64,000 nucleotides of DNA, from the NCBI GenBank assembly GCA_963664815.2, contig CAXXHB010000003.1:512001-576000 (forward strand), given 5' to 3'. Under the pieces are notes generated by a model. That model was not told the DNA's origin. It saw only the letters and a list, made by a program, of their open reading frames with translations, and searched no databases. This DNA comes from Spirochaetota bacterium. Lineage in GTDB: Bacteria > Spirochaetota > UBA4802 > UBA5550. Each line of letters opens with the position of its first letter. Positions within the stretch are counted from its first letter, which is position 1. Positions 1-10,682 of this stretch are shown one piece after another. The translations under genes were made by a program, and so were the position numbers.

Positions 1-1
1 C

Positions 2-538
2 TTTGCAGGACCTTATGAAGTTTTTTCAGTAACCGATGAGCTGAATGATTATAAATTATGCCGGACATTTACCGTGGAGGAAAACGGCAAGATTATAAAA
101 ACGGTAAACGGCCTGCAGGTTGTTCCTGATTATTCATTTACTGATTGTCCGGAAATTGATGTTCTGGTGATTCCCGGCGGAGTTGGTACAAAAGAGATTA
201 TCATGAAAGATAATATTCTGAAATGGGTGCTTCAGACAAGTGAAAAATCAGAAATAACTTTTTCTGTCTGCTCCGGATCAAGAATTCTGGGTAAAACCGG
301 TTTGCTGGATAACATCGAATATATAACACATCATGAAGTTATTGATGATATGAGGAAAATAGCGCCGGAAGGAGTACTGCAGACCGGTAAGCGTTATACT
401 GATTCAGGTAAAATATTGACTTCAGCCGGAATTTCAGCCGGTATTGATCTTTCACTATATATAATAGAAAAGATGTACGGCAGGGATATTATGGAGAAAA
501 CAAAAACATACATGGAATATGGTGACTGGAGGAGATAA
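2..538 (+). CDS. DJ-1/PfpI family protein (5' end lies outside the window)
   Basis: The frame is open from base 2 (FAGPYEVFS...). It contains the family motifs DVLVIPGG, SVCSG and TSAGISAGID. Confidence 0.9.
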   Translation, partial: FAGPYEVFSVTDELNDYKLCRTFTVEENGKIIKTVNGLQVVPDYSFTDCPEIDVLVIPGGVGTKEIIMKDNILKWVLQTSEKSEITFSVCSGSRILGKTGLLDNIEYITHHEVIDDMRKIAPEGVLQTGKRYTDSGKILTSAGISAGIDLSLYIIEKMYGRDIMEKTKTYMEYGDWRR

Positions 539-546
539 AAATACAG

Positions 547-990
547 GTGGAAACTATAAATAAAAATGAGTATATAGTCAGGTTTGGTTGTGAAAATATG
601 GATTTTATCAAAGTAACTGAAATGCTGTCAAAGGCATTCTGGAGTACCGGTATAAAGATGGATGAGGTTATTAAAGGCGCTTCAAACTCCGCGCTGATAA
701 CAGGTGTCTTTTACCGGGGGGAACAGATCGGTTATGCCAGGGTTGCCTCCGATAAGACGAGGTTTGCATATATAATGGATGTTTATGTGGATGAAAGATA
801 CCGGCGAAATGGTATCGGACAGCTGATGATCAATAGTATTCTTGCAAATGATGAGCTGAGTGATGTTTACCACTGGTTGCTGATAACTAAAGATGCCCAT
901 GGAGTTTACAGCAAGTCTGGATTTAAGACTCTCAGCAGGCCGGGTGACTGGATGGAAATCAGGTATGACAGAAGTACAAGGCATGCCTGA
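547..990 (+). CDS. GNAT family N-acetyltransferase
   Basis: QIGYARV..D...FAYIMDVYV and acetyl-CoA motif YRRNGIG; GTG start. Confidence 0.9.
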   Translation: METINKNEYIVRFGCENMDFIKVTEMLSKAFWSTGIKMDEVIKGASNSALITGVFYRGEQIGYARVASDKTRFAYIMDVYVDERYRRNGIGQLMINSILANDELSDVYHWLLITKDAHGVYSKSGFKTLSRPGDWMEIRYDRSTRHA

Positions 991-1037
991 TGGGTGGTTC
1001 TGGACAATATATGTGTTTTATAATTAAGGGGGGATAA

Positions 1038-1682
1038 ATGAAGATAACTGTTTTCGGGGCAAATGGCGCCATTGGCAGAATTGTAACAGGGTATGCTCTC
1101 CGCAATGGAGATATTGTTACTGCATATGTCAGGAAGGCAGACAGCCTGGATAGCAATGCCGATAATTTAAAAGTCATTACAGGAGATTTGTTAAACCGGC
1201 CTCTGATAGAAAAGGCCGTTAAAGACTCAGATGTTGTAATAAGCACTTTGGGACCCGATATGGATATATCAAGGAAAAATAAAGGTACCCCTATAGCAGA
1301 CGGGCATGAAGAAATAATAAATGCCATGGAAAAAACCGGGAAGAAGAGATTTATTACGCTGGCAACCCCCACTATCCGTTCGGATGATGATGTAAAGAGT
1401 TTCTGTACAGTTGTACCTCCACTTATGGCTAAAATACTTTTTCCCAATGCGTATCGTGACATGAAAAAAGCAGAAGCGCTGATTAAAAAATCATCTCTGG
1501 ACTGGACTGTTGTAAGAATGATAAATCCCAATGCCACGCATAAAGATTCCGGTTATAATATTTCAACGGGGGGTGCACACGCGAAGATGGCTGTTTCAAG
1601 GGAAAACGTTGGTCTGTTTATATATAATACAGCAATGGATAAATCTTATATCAGGAAAATGCCGATAGTATTTAATAAATAA
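1038..1682 (+). CDS. NAD(P)H-binding protein (flavin/biliverdin reductase B-like)
   Basis: GANGAIG Rossmann motif and LDWTVVR; RBS AAGGGGGG. Confidence 0.85.
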   Translation: MKITVFGANGAIGRIVTGYALRNGDIVTAYVRKADSLDSNADNLKVITGDLLNRPLIEKAVKDSDVVISTLGPDMDISRKNKGTPIADGHEEIINAMEKTGKKRFITLATPTIRSDDDVKSFCTVVPPLMAKILFPNAYRDMKKAEALIKKSSLDWTVVRMINPNATHKDSGYNISTGGAHAKMAVSRENVGLFIYNTAMDKSYIRKMPIVFNK

Positions 1683-1723
1683 TCCGTGTCTGGCGAATAA
1701 AGTTTTATTTATGAGGTAATTAT

Positions 1724-2395
1724 ATGTTTATAGGTCATTACGGCATAGGTTTCATGCTTAAAAGAAAATTCAGGGATTTTCCCTTATGGCTGTTTTTTTT
1801 AATGTTACAGCTTCCTGATTTAATTGCCTTTATTCTTGTGTTTTTCGGAGTTGAAAGAGCTGCCTACAGGGATAACATCAACCCATTTTTACGAAATGAA
1901 TTTGTTCTTACCTACTCGCACTCTCTGGCTGGAACAATAATATTGTGTATCCTGGTTTATGCATTGTTTATTAATATTAAAGACAGGACATGGGCATCCA
2001 TTGCAGCCTTATCTGTCTTTTCACACTGGGTTATTGATTTTATAGTTCATACCTCCGACATGTCGGTTTTCTTCGGATCGGTTAAAGTCGGTCTTGGTCT
2101 CTGGGAGTACCCCTGGATAAGTTATGGTCTTGAAATTCTTCTGGTGGCAGGCGGATGGCTGGCTCTTAAATACAGAAATATATTTTCTTATCTGCTTCTT
2201 ATAGTTCTTGCAGGTAGCTTTACAGGTATGATTTTCGGAAGTGAACCGGAGTTGATCAGGGAAGAACAGTCTCTGAGATCCTTAATCCTTCTGGTGTCAA
2301 ATATACTGTTTATTGTGCTGGCCTATGACAGCGAAAGAAAACAGGCTGTATCATTATCAAGTGTAACTGACGGGATGTTAAGAGGAAGAGAATAA
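1724..2395 (+). CDS. membrane-bound metal-dependent hydrolase-like protein
   Basis: MFIGH, PD, SHS and SHW..D..VH motifs with several TM segments; RBS GAGG. Confidence 0.7.
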   Translation: MFIGHYGIGFMLKRKFRDFPLWLFFLMLQLPDLIAFILVFFGVERAAYRDNINPFLRNEFVLTYSHSLAGTIILCILVYALFINIKDRTWASIAALSVFSHWVIDFIVHTSDMSVFFGSVKVGLGLWEYPWISYGLEILLVAGGWLALKYRNIFSYLLLIVLAGSFTGMIFGSEPELIREEQSLRSLILLVSNILFIVLAYDSERKQAVSLSSVTDGMLRGRE

Positions 2396-2485
2396 AAATT
2401 TATGCAGAGTTTTTTCTTAATAATGAGTAATGGAATAAAAGCCGATCTGAAAGTGAAATTTAATCTGATAAAATGGTAAAATAAA

Positions 2486-3340
2486 ATGGAAAGCCTGATA
2501 TTAAACGGTAAGATAATCGCCGAATCAATTGAGAAATCTATCAGTTCCAGGATCAATGATCTGAGGATTAATAATCCGGAAGCTGCTCCTGTCCTTGCTA
2601 CAATACTGGTTGGCAATGATCCGGCCTCTGAAACATATGTAAAGATGAAGGGTAACGCATGCATCAGAGTCGGTATGAAATCAAAGAAAATCCTGCTGCC
2701 GGAAGAGACGACAACTGAAGATCTGATTTCCGAAATAGAACTGTTGAATAATGATCCGGATGTTCATGGGATCCTGCTGCAGCATCCGGTTCCGGATCAT
2801 ATCAATGAGAGACTCTGTTTTGACAGAATATCCCCGGATAAAGATGTGGATGGAGTAACCAGTCTGGGATTCGGTAAAATGAGTATGGGTGAAAAGGCAT
2901 ACGGAAGCGCCACTCCTGCCGGAATTATTAAAATAATTGAATACTATAATCTTGATATGGAAGGCAAAAATGCAGTTGTTATAGGGAGAAGCCCCATACT
3001 GGGGAAGCCGATGGCTATGATGCTGCTGAATAAAAATGCCACGGTAACAATCTGCCACTCCAGAACAAAAAATCTTCCTGAAATAGTTAAAAATGCGGAT
3101 GTTATAGTCGGTGCTATCGGAAAACCGAAGTTTATTAAATCGGACTGGATCAGGGAGGGGGCGATACTGCTTGATGCCGGCTATCATCCTGAATATAAAT
3201 GCGGGGATATTGACCTTGAAAATGCAGCGCATATCTGCAGCGCCTATACACCGGTTCCGGGGGGTGTCGGGCCAATGACAATTGCCACACTGATGCAGCA
3301 TACTCTGGATGCCTATGAAATGGCGCAAATGAATAAATAA
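2486..3340 (+). CDS. folD: bifunctional methylenetetrahydrofolate dehydrogenase/cyclohydrolase
   Basis: YVKMK, GILLQHP, KDVDG, TICHSRT and TPVPGGVGPMT motifs. Confidence 0.97.
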   Translation: MESLILNGKIIAESIEKSISSRINDLRINNPEAAPVLATILVGNDPASETYVKMKGNACIRVGMKSKKILLPEETTTEDLISEIELLNNDPDVHGILLQHPVPDHINERLCFDRISPDKDVDGVTSLGFGKMSMGEKAYGSATPAGIIKIIEYYNLDMEGKNAVVIGRSPILGKPMAMMLLNKNATVTICHSRTKNLPEIVKNADVIVGAIGKPKFIKSDWIREGAILLDAGYHPEYKCGDIDLENAAHICSAYTPVPGGVGPMTIATLMQHTLDAYEMAQMNK

Positions 3341-3417
3341 AAAACCTGGTATATATATTTAAACTGCCCGGAAAATTAAGAATGAACGCTTCCTGCAGTT
3401 TATTATAATGAGGATAT

Positions 3418-3789
3418 ATGAAAATCGGAGAATTTTCAGAAAAAACAGGATTATCAATTCATACCATTCATTACTATGAAAAGATTGGATTGATAAAAAA
3501 GAATTCGAAAGACAGAAGCGGTCACCGTATATATTCAGAATATGATGTAGAATGGGTAAAGTTTATCTCCTGTCTTAAGGCAACCGAGATGCCGCTTGAG
3601 CAGATTCTGCATTTTATTTCACTTATTGAAAAGGGAGATTCCACAATACCTGAACGATTTTCGATTCTACAGGAGCAGAGGAAAAATCTTGAACAGAAGA
3701 TTTCCCTGCTTAATACCCATCTTTCCCATATTGACTATAAAATTAAAAATTTTAAATTAATATTTAAAAAATTCACTATGCCCTCTTGA
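3418..3789 (+). CDS. MerR family transcriptional regulator (AdhR/NmlR-like)
   Basis: MKIGEFSEKTGLSIHTIHYYEKIGL HTH, GHRIY, and a single Cys in FISCLK. Confidence 0.92.
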   Translation: MKIGEFSEKTGLSIHTIHYYEKIGLIKKNSKDRSGHRIYSEYDVEWVKFISCLKATEMPLEQILHFISLIEKGDSTIPERFSILQEQRKNLEQKISLLNTHLSHIDYKIKNFKLIFKKFTMPS

Positions 3790-3816
3790 CATAGAGTCAA
3801 CTCCACATTGTACGAA
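3786..3816 (+). promoter_or_regulatory. MerR-type promoter: TTGACA, 19-bp spacer, operator dyad
   Basis: TTGACA at 3786-3791, a 19-bp spacer containing TAGAGT-CA-ACTCCA, and TACGAA at 3811-3816, directly upstream of the SDR gene. Confidence 0.8.
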
Positions 3817-3869
3817 TGATTCATCCTGACATTTATGTCATGATGAATTTATATTTCAGGAGGGGACAT

Positions 3870-4604
3870 ATGTATGTATTAAACGGATCACGTGTACTGA
3901 TTTCAGGAGGATCATCAGGAATAGGTCTTGAAACTGCGCGGTTGCTTGCATCACTGGGCGCTGAAGTAATCATTGCATCGAGGGACGAAAAGAATCTTGA
4001 GAAAGCTGCCGCAGGAATCAGGGGAAAGGTTTCTGTAACAGCATTTGATGCAGGAAACGAAGATGAATGCGTAAAAGCACTTCAGAAAACAGGAAAGATT
4101 GATCATCTTGTGCTGACATTAAGCGGAGGGAAAGGTGGAGGGCCATTTGCGTCACTTAAATCAACCGATCTCAGGCAGGCATTTGACGGCAAATTCTGGG
4201 CGCATTTTACCCTTGCACAGCAATCGCTTCCTTATCTTAATGAAAAGGGATCAATAACTTTTGTTACGGCTATATCTGCCAGGGCTTCAAATCCCGGTAC
4301 ATCAGGACTTTCAGCGATAAATGCGGCTATTGAAGGCCTTGTTAAGCCTCTGGCCGTCGAATTAAAACCGCTGAGGATAAATGCAGTTTCTCCCGGTGTG
4401 ATAGACACCCCCTGGTGGAATATGTACAATGAAGAGATGAAAGAATCAATTTTCAGAGAATTTTCCGGGCAGACACCTGTGGGGAGAATCGGCAGACCGG
4501 GAGATGTTGCTGAGGCAATAACATTTTTAATAGGAAACACATTTATGACCGGAACAGTCATCGAATGTGACGGAGGGCTTCATCTTTCCGGCAGCAGGCT
4601 CTGA
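3870..4604 (+). CDS. short-chain dehydrogenase/reductase (SDR)
   Basis: GGSSGIG, RINAVSPG and DGG motifs. ATG 3870 follows the RBS AGGAGGGG, so it is preferred over 3816. Confidence 0.9.
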   Translation: MYVLNGSRVLISGGSSGIGLETARLLASLGAEVIIASRDEKNLEKAAAGIRGKVSVTAFDAGNEDECVKALQKTGKIDHLVLTLSGGKGGGPFASLKSTDLRQAFDGKFWAHFTLAQQSLPYLNEKGSITFVTAISARASNPGTSGLSAINAAIEGLVKPLAVELKPLRINAVSPGVIDTPWWNMYNEEMKESIFREFSGQTPVGRIGRPGDVAEAITFLIGNTFMTGTVIECDGGLHLSGSRL

Positions 4605-4697
4605 ATCGCTGATTTCAGTCACAAAGCATTTTATCCAATGGTTTGCGACTGAAATATTATAATATAATCAATATTGTGTGTCATTAAGGAGTTTTGT

Positions 4698-4991
4698 ATG
4701 TCAGCTTTTGTAATTTCAGAAGTAATAATTTTAAATGAAGAAGCAGCAGATCAGTATCGCAAACTTGCAGCTTCATCTATTGCAAAATTCGGAGGTGAAT
4801 ATTTGGTTCGTGGAGCAGATCCGGTTATTATTCAGGGTGAAAAAACTGACGCTAAAATGGTTATTGTTGAATTTCCATCTATGGAAAGAGTTCAGGAGTG
4901 GTATTCATCTCCTGATTATGCCAGAGCGCTGGAATACCGGGATAAAGCATTAAGTCGCAGATTGATGTTTGTCGAAGGTATTAATAACTGA
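4698..4991 (+). CDS. DUF1330 domain protein
   Basis: FGGEYLVRG, VIVEFPS, WYSSPDY and R..FVEG; RBS AAGGAG before ATG 4698. Confidence 0.88.
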   Translation: MSAFVISEVIILNEEAADQYRKLAASSIAKFGGEYLVRGADPVIIQGEKTDAKMVIVEFPSMERVQEWYSSPDYARALEYRDKALSRRLMFVEGINN

Positions 4992-4998
4992 ATAATTC

Positions 4999-5080
4999 CT
5001 GTTGTTAAAAAACGGTGATATCAGGAACATTTAACGGCAGTTCCCGATCTGCTGCTGATATCAGATTTTGTTCAGCAGAT
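4999..5080. terminator. pair of stem-loops after the MerR/SDR/DUF1330 unit
   Basis: CTGTTGTTAAA/TTTAACGGCAG (11 bp with G-U) and ATCTGCTG/CAGCAGAT; no clear U-tract on the + strand. Confidence 0.35.
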
Positions 5081-5148
5081 AAAATAAAAATTGAAATAAT
5101 CAGCTGCATTATTTAAAGTATATCATAATAAACCACGGCGGTAATGAA

Positions 5149-8100
5149 TTGCTGGATAAGAATGTAATCTGTATTATTAACGCGATAAATGTACCGGTAC
5201 TTGTTGCTGACGACACCGGAATTATTGCTGCCGGTAATAAAGCAGCTTTTTCATTTTTCAATAAAAATACTTTCACAGGTTTTGATATAACCCTGTTCCT
5301 CCCTTCAGTTTCAATTGCTGATAACAAAGTACTTCAATCTCTTGATTACGGGGAATCGCTGTATTTTTTTGAAACCTCTGCTCTTGTGAATGATAAGATA
5401 AAAGATGCTGATGTTGATGTAGTCCCATATAAAAGCGGAGATTTCAGGTACTATATATGTACCATCAAGGATATTATGATATACGCAGGACTGCAGAACA
5501 GCATAAACAAATTCAGCACAATAGTTGAGAACAGTCCCGCTTCGGTTCTAATAACAGATACAAACGGAAATATTGAATTTCTCAATAATAATTTTCAACA
5601 GCTTTCAGGATACAGCTACGAAGAGCTTATAGGCAAAAATATAAGCATCCTGAGGTCGCATTTTCATAAAAAAGATTTCCTGCCAAGCATAAGGGGGACG
5701 CTGAAGAAGGGTGATAAGTGGAAGGGTGAACTGTTGAATATTTCGAAAAACGGGGAACCATACTGGATACTGGCTACGATATCTCCAATATTCAACAAGA
5801 ATAATGAAATATCTAATTATATCTCCATACAGGAGGATATTACATACCTGAAAAAAATAGAGGAGGAACTCAAACAGTCGGAGGAGAAGTTCAGAGTCCT
5901 TTTTGAAACGCTCCCTGAGGGGATTGTAGTTACAGATCTTTCGGGTGTTATAATTCAGGTTAATCAGGCATATCTCAACATTCACGGGAATAACGGACGG
6001 GACGAGATCGTTGGAAGGAATATATATGATGTAGCTGATAATAAGGTTACATCCCTGCTTCATACTCTTCTTGATGAGGCTGAAAAAAACGGGTATAGTT
6101 CAGTCGGCAGTTACGAATTGAAAAAACCTGATAAAGTATACGTTGAGACACAGGCGGCCATAATGACCGGAGAGACAGGTCCTATCGGTTTTGTCGTGCT
6201 TACTGGTGACAATACAAGCAGGAAAAATTCAGAAACCGCCCTTCGCGAGAGTGAAGCGCGGAATCGCGCTCTTATTGAGGCTGTACCCGATATTATGTTC
6301 AGGGTAAACAACCAGGGGGTCTATCTTGATAAAATGCTCGGGAATAAAATTCACGAGGTGTTCCCCGAAAGCATGGCTGTCGATTTTGTAAAATATATAT
6401 CTGAAGCGGTAAAGTCAAGGGAGATACAGATATTTGAATATCCCGTTGTGACCTCGGGCAGAGATGAATTCTATGAATCTCGGTTTATCGCCATTGAGGA
6501 CGACGAGGTGCTTATAATACTCAGAAACGTAACAGAAAAGCATGTGGCGATGGTGCAGATTGAAGATGCCCGCAGGGATGCGGAGCTTGCAAACAGGTCA
6601 AAGAGCGAATTCCTTGCCAATATGAGCCATGAGATAAGAACACCCCTCAACAGTATTACCGGTTTTATAGAACTTCTCATGCGCAGCAGGCTCAACAACG
6701 AGCAGAGGGAATACCTGGAAATTATAAAGAAAAGCGCCGGGAATCTTCTGGATATAATTAATGATATACTTGATTTTTCGAAGATTGAAAGTCACAAACT
6801 GGAGCTCAGTAAAATAGAATTTAATCCCTTCACGGAGTTTGAATCTGTTGTGAGGCTTTTTAATGTAAAGGCCGGAGAAAAGGGGATGAGGTTTTATTCA
6901 TTCATTGATCCTCGGATACCGGAGGGTGTTATTTCCGATCCGCTGAGGATAAAGCAGATACTGTCAAACCTTTTAAGTAATGCGATAAAGTTCACACCGG
7001 AAGACGGGATTGTTTCTATTGAGATCAACCTGTCGCGCAATAAAGACGGATTCTGTCTTATAAATTTTTCCGTTTCAGATACCGGGATAGGAATTCCTGA
7101 CAGGAAGCAGAAACAGATATTTGAAGCCTTTACCCAGGCGGACAGTTCAATTACGCGACGCTTCGGCGGAACAGGTCTGGGTCTGAGCATAAGTGCCAAT
7201 CTTGCCAGACTCATGGGAAGCGAAATTGTTGTTGAAAGTATTATGGGAGTGGGGAGTAAATTCTATTTTACGCTTGAAGCGGAAGTTAATGCCGATTCAT
7301 CCCCTGCCGATATTTTCAGAAATACCGGTATTAATGCCTGTGTCGTTACGGGTAGCACGGAAGATCTTTCGTTTAAAAGCCTGGAGGCATATCTTCTTGC
7401 ATGCGGCTGCAGAATAAGTATCTGCGGCAATTTCTCCGGGGTTGATGCCGGTTGTGATATAATATTCATAGTGAAGCCGCAGCTGCCGCTGAATGAATTC
7501 AGAGATTATTATACTGGAAAACCGGTTATTATTATATCTGATAAAGGTGATGCGGATGATTATTCGGCGGAGATCAGTCATATAGTTTCTGAAACTCTCA
7601 ATCATCCCCTGGTACCGGAAATATTGTTTAAAATCCTGTCCCGTGTTGCAGGATTACATAAGTCCATGGACGATATATCCGGAGAGTCTGATACCGGGGT
7701 AAACCTCAGGTTTTCAGGGAAAGTCCTTGTGGGAGAGGATAACAGTATCAATCAGAAGCTTATGATGCTTCTGCTGAAAGATTACGGGCTTGAGGTCGAC
7801 CTTGCAGGAAATGGATTTACCGTTTTTGAGAAATTCAGGAGAGGGAAATATAACCTGGTGCTGATGGATGTGAATATGCCTGCAGCTGACGGTATTGAAA
7901 CAACTCATATGATACGTGATTACGAGAGAGAAAGCGGTGCGGTGGAAACTCCTGTAGTCGCGCTGACGGCAAAGGCGCTTAAAGGAGACAGGGATCTTAT
8001 TGAAAACAGCGGTATGAATGATTATCTGGCCAAGCCTGTGGAGATGGATAAACTTGAGGCGGTGTTGCTGAAATACCTGCCATGTATAAAACTGGAAAGG

Positions 8101-8466
8101 CCTGTTAATGCTGATGGAAAAGACCAGATTGACGAGGCTGCACCTGTTTATTATGATCTTAAGAAAACCGCCGCCGAACTGAAAATACCGGTAAATGTAC
8201 TTCTTAATATCGGTCGGGATTTTATCGAAGATACCATGAAAGTTGTTGAAGAAATCAGAGCGTCAGTTGATAACCTGTCATACGGTGAAATATCGGCCCT
8301 CTCGCATAAATCCAGGGGTGCGGCGGCTAACCTTCGTTTTGTTAAAGTCTCGGAATATTTCCTGGAACTGGAGGAAAAAGCCTCCGGTATGGAAAAAGAT
8401 TTTGACTATACCATGGTACTGGATAATATAATTAATGAGATTAACCATTTAAAGAATTATTTCTGA
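5149..8466 (+). CDS. hybrid PAS sensor histidine kinase with receiver and Hpt domains
   Basis: Several PAS/PAC domains, H-box FLANMSHEIRTPL, N/G1/F/G2 boxes, REC LVLMDVNMP and Hpt HKSRGAA. The TTG start is uncertain. Confidence 0.93.
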   Translation: MLDKNVICIINAINVPVLVADDTGIIAAGNKAAFSFFNKNTFTGFDITLFLPSVSIADNKVLQSLDYGESLYFFETSALVNDKIKDADVDVVPYKSGDFRYYICTIKDIMIYAGLQNSINKFSTIVENSPASVLITDTNGNIEFLNNNFQQLSGYSYEELIGKNISILRSHFHKKDFLPSIRGTLKKGDKWKGELLNISKNGEPYWILATISPIFNKNNEISNYISIQEDITYLKKIEEELKQSEEKFRVLFETLPEGIVVTDLSGVIIQVNQAYLNIHGNNGRDEIVGRNIYDVADNKVTSLLHTLLDEAEKNGYSSVGSYELKKPDKVYVETQAAIMTGETGPIGFVVLTGDNTSRKNSETALRESEARNRALIEAVPDIMFRVNNQGVYLDKMLGNKIHEVFPESMAVDFVKYISEAVKSREIQIFEYPVVTSGRDEFYESRFIAIEDDEVLIILRNVTEKHVAMVQIEDARRDAELANRSKSEFLANMSHEIRTPLNSITGFIELLMRSRLNNEQREYLEIIKKSAGNLLDIINDILDFSKIESHKLELSKIEFNPFTEFESVVRLFNVKAGEKGMRFYSFIDPRIPEGVISDPLRIKQILSNLLSNAIKFTPEDGIVSIEINLSRNKDGFCLINFSVSDTGIGIPDRKQKQIFEAFTQADSSITRRFGGTGLGLSISANLARLMGSEIVVESIMGVGSKFYFTLEAEVNADSSPADIFRNTGINACVVTGSTEDLSFKSLEAYLLACGCRISICGNFSGVDAGCDIIFIVKPQLPLNEFRDYYTGKPVIIISDKGDADDYSAEISHIVSETLNHPLVPEILFKILSRVAGLHKSMDDISGESDTGVNLRFSGKVLVGEDNSINQKLMMLLLKDYGLEVDLAGNGFTVFEKFRRGKYNLVLMDVNMPAADGIETTHMIRDYERESGAVETPVVALTAKALKGDRDLIENSGMNDYLAKPVEMDKLEAVLLKYLPCIKLERPVNADGKDQIDEAAPVYYDLKKTAAELKIPVNVLLNIGRDFIEDTMKVVEEIRASVDNLSYGEISALSHKSRGAAANLRFVKVSEYFLELEEKASGMEKDFDYTMVLDNIINEINHLKNYF

Positions 8467-8480
8467 ATGAGGAGTTTTAT

Positions 8481-9215
8481 ATGAATACTGTTCTTGCTAT
8501 TGATGACGATAAGACAACACTCGGCATACTTGAATCACAGCTTAACGGGCTCGGATACAGGGTTTTCACTGAACGGGCTGCAATAAAGGGTGTTGAGATA
8601 GCCAAAGGCTTCAATCCGGATGTGATAATTCTTGATCTGCACATGCCGGTTATGGATGGTTTTGAAGTTCTTGGCGCGCTTAAAAGAGATAAAATTACGC
8701 ATAATATTCCGGTCATAATGCTGACCTCGGACAAGGGGAAAGAGACTGTTGTTGAAGCAATGAGGCATGGAGTTGTCGATTACATTGTTAAACCGTATAA
8801 TCCTGACAAGCTTAATCTTAAAATTATGGCGGCAATAAATTATGGCGGCATGAAGAAACAGCAGAACACTGACGTATTTATAGAAGTAAACAGAAAGAGT
8901 GATATGTCTGTGATCATGATGAGAGGAAATATCACTGAAAAGGGATTTGCAAATGATGTGAGAACTGTTTTCAATAGTTTTTTTATGAAGCAGGTTAATG
9001 GCAAGGTATGTATTTTTGACATAAGAAACGTAAATGAAATGGAGAGTCAGGATATTGAAGAGTTTGTAAGAATTATAAATATGTTTCCTGATTCCAAAAA
9101 AAAGATTGTTGCCGGAAGACATTATGGAGCTATAGTATCAACTACCAATCTGGATGAACTTGCTGAACTGTTTCTCTCATTCGGTGACCTTGAACTGGCA
9201 ATGAATACAATCTGA
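8481..9215 (+). CDS. response regulator (REC plus STAS-like C-terminal domain)
   Basis: IDDD, ILDLHMP, MLT and KP; the C-terminus resembles STAS (VIMMRG...IFDIRNVNEMES); RBS GAGGAG. Confidence 0.85.
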   Translation: MNTVLAIDDDKTTLGILESQLNGLGYRVFTERAAIKGVEIAKGFNPDVIILDLHMPVMDGFEVLGALKRDKITHNIPVIMLTSDKGKETVVEAMRHGVVDYIVKPYNPDKLNLKIMAAINYGGMKKQQNTDVFIEVNRKSDMSVIMMRGNITEKGFANDVRTVFNSFFMKQVNGKVCIFDIRNVNEMESQDIEEFVRIINMFPDSKKKIVAGRHYGAIVSTTNLDELAELFLSFGDLELAMNTI

Positions 9216-9276
9216 GCACACATATCGGCTCACATAATCTGTTGACAGCAGAAACCATGATTGTATCTGTTGTATT

Positions 9277-10389
9277 ATGAAATTTAATGTAATAAAAAAA
9301 GATCCCGGAACGGCTGCCAGGGTATGTGAGCTTGAAACATCAAGAAGTACAATAAAAACCCCTGTTTTTATGCCGGTTGCAACACGAGGGGCAATCCGTG
9401 CCTTAACCCTTGCAGATATTGAAAGCATCGGTTTTGATATAATTCTGTCAAACACATACCATATATACATGCGCCCGGGAACAGATGTTATTTCCTCTGC
9501 CGGTGGGCTTCATAAATTCATGAATTATAAAAAGTCTCTCCTTACGGATTCCGGGGGATTCCAGGTGTTCTCACTCAGTAACCTCTGCAAGGTAAGAGAA
9601 GATGGTGTTGAATTTAATTCCCACCTTGACGGATCAAAACACTTTTTTACAGCAGAGAAGGTTCTTGATATCCAGAGAGTAATAGGCTCAGATATTATGA
9701 TGGTGCTTGACCAGTGTACCGATTATCCCATTGAAAAACAGAGGGCCATCGCCGCAATGGAGAGAACAATATCATGGGCTGAACGATCGATAGCTTATTA
9801 TAATGATACATTTAACAAAGATGTTCAGGCATGTTTTGCGATTGTGCAGGGGAGTATATTCAGCGACCTCAGAAAAGAGTGTGCAGAGAGGCTTGTGGAA
9901 CTGGATTTTCCCGGATATGCAATAGGGGGATTGTCGGTGGGTGAACCGAAGGAGATATATCGTGATATTACTGAAAATCTGCTTCCTCACATGCCGGAGA
10001 ACAAACCAAGATATATGATGGGGGTAGGGAGCCCTCTTGAAATACTCTTTGCCATAAGACATGGCGTGGATATGTTTGACTGCGTTATGCCCACCCGCAT
10101 TGCCAGGAATGGAACACTGTACACATCTGCCGGGCGGGTAAATATAAAAGCTGCGCAGTATGAAAAAGATTTCGGCCCGCTTGATGAAAACTGCGATTGC
10201 TATGTCTGCAGAAATTTTTCCAGGGCTTATCTTCGCCATATCTTCAGAGCTGGTGAGATTGCATCACTTATATATAATACCTTCCATAACCTCTATTTTA
10301 TGAAACAATTTATGGATGATATACGCCAATCAATAGCAGATGGACGATTCGGTGAAATAGAGACTAAATGGCTCAGAGTGTTCAGTTAA
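9277..10389 (+). CDS. tgt: tRNA-guanine transglycosylase
   Basis: TPVFMPV, NTYH, TDSGGFQVFSL, DMFDCVMPTR and the zinc ligands CDCYVC. Confidence 0.97.
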   Translation: MKFNVIKKDPGTAARVCELETSRSTIKTPVFMPVATRGAIRALTLADIESIGFDIILSNTYHIYMRPGTDVISSAGGLHKFMNYKKSLLTDSGGFQVFSLSNLCKVREDGVEFNSHLDGSKHFFTAEKVLDIQRVIGSDIMMVLDQCTDYPIEKQRAIAAMERTISWAERSIAYYNDTFNKDVQACFAIVQGSIFSDLRKECAERLVELDFPGYAIGGLSVGEPKEIYRDITENLLPHMPENKPRYMMGVGSPLEILFAIRHGVDMFDCVMPTRIARNGTLYTSAGRVNIKAAQYEKDFGPLDENCDCYVCRNFSRAYLRHIFRAGEIASLIYNTFHNLYFMKQFMDDIRQSIADGRFGEIETKWLRVFS

Positions 10390-10614
10390 ATTTTAATAAA
10401 CTTCTTAATCTGATATCAATAACAGGATTTTTTATGGTATATTGTTTTCATATAATGATATTTAATGATATTATTCTGAAAGAAGGATAAAAAACCAGTT
10501 TTTCTATTTTAATATTATATGGCATTTTTTTTAAAACTGAAAATTTTAGTATTGAAAATATCGGTATTTTTAAATAAACTATATTAATCCATATAGAGGA
10601 TGAGCTTATAAAGC

Positions 10615-10644
10615 TTGACAGGTTATTTAACGAGAGATTATAGT
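10615..10644 (+). promoter_or_regulatory. sigma70-type promoter
   Basis: TTGACA-18 bp-TATAGT upstream of the STAS gene. Confidence 0.6.
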
Positions 10645-10682
10645 GTCTGATTATAGAAGGGGTGTAAGGAGGAATGATCTCT

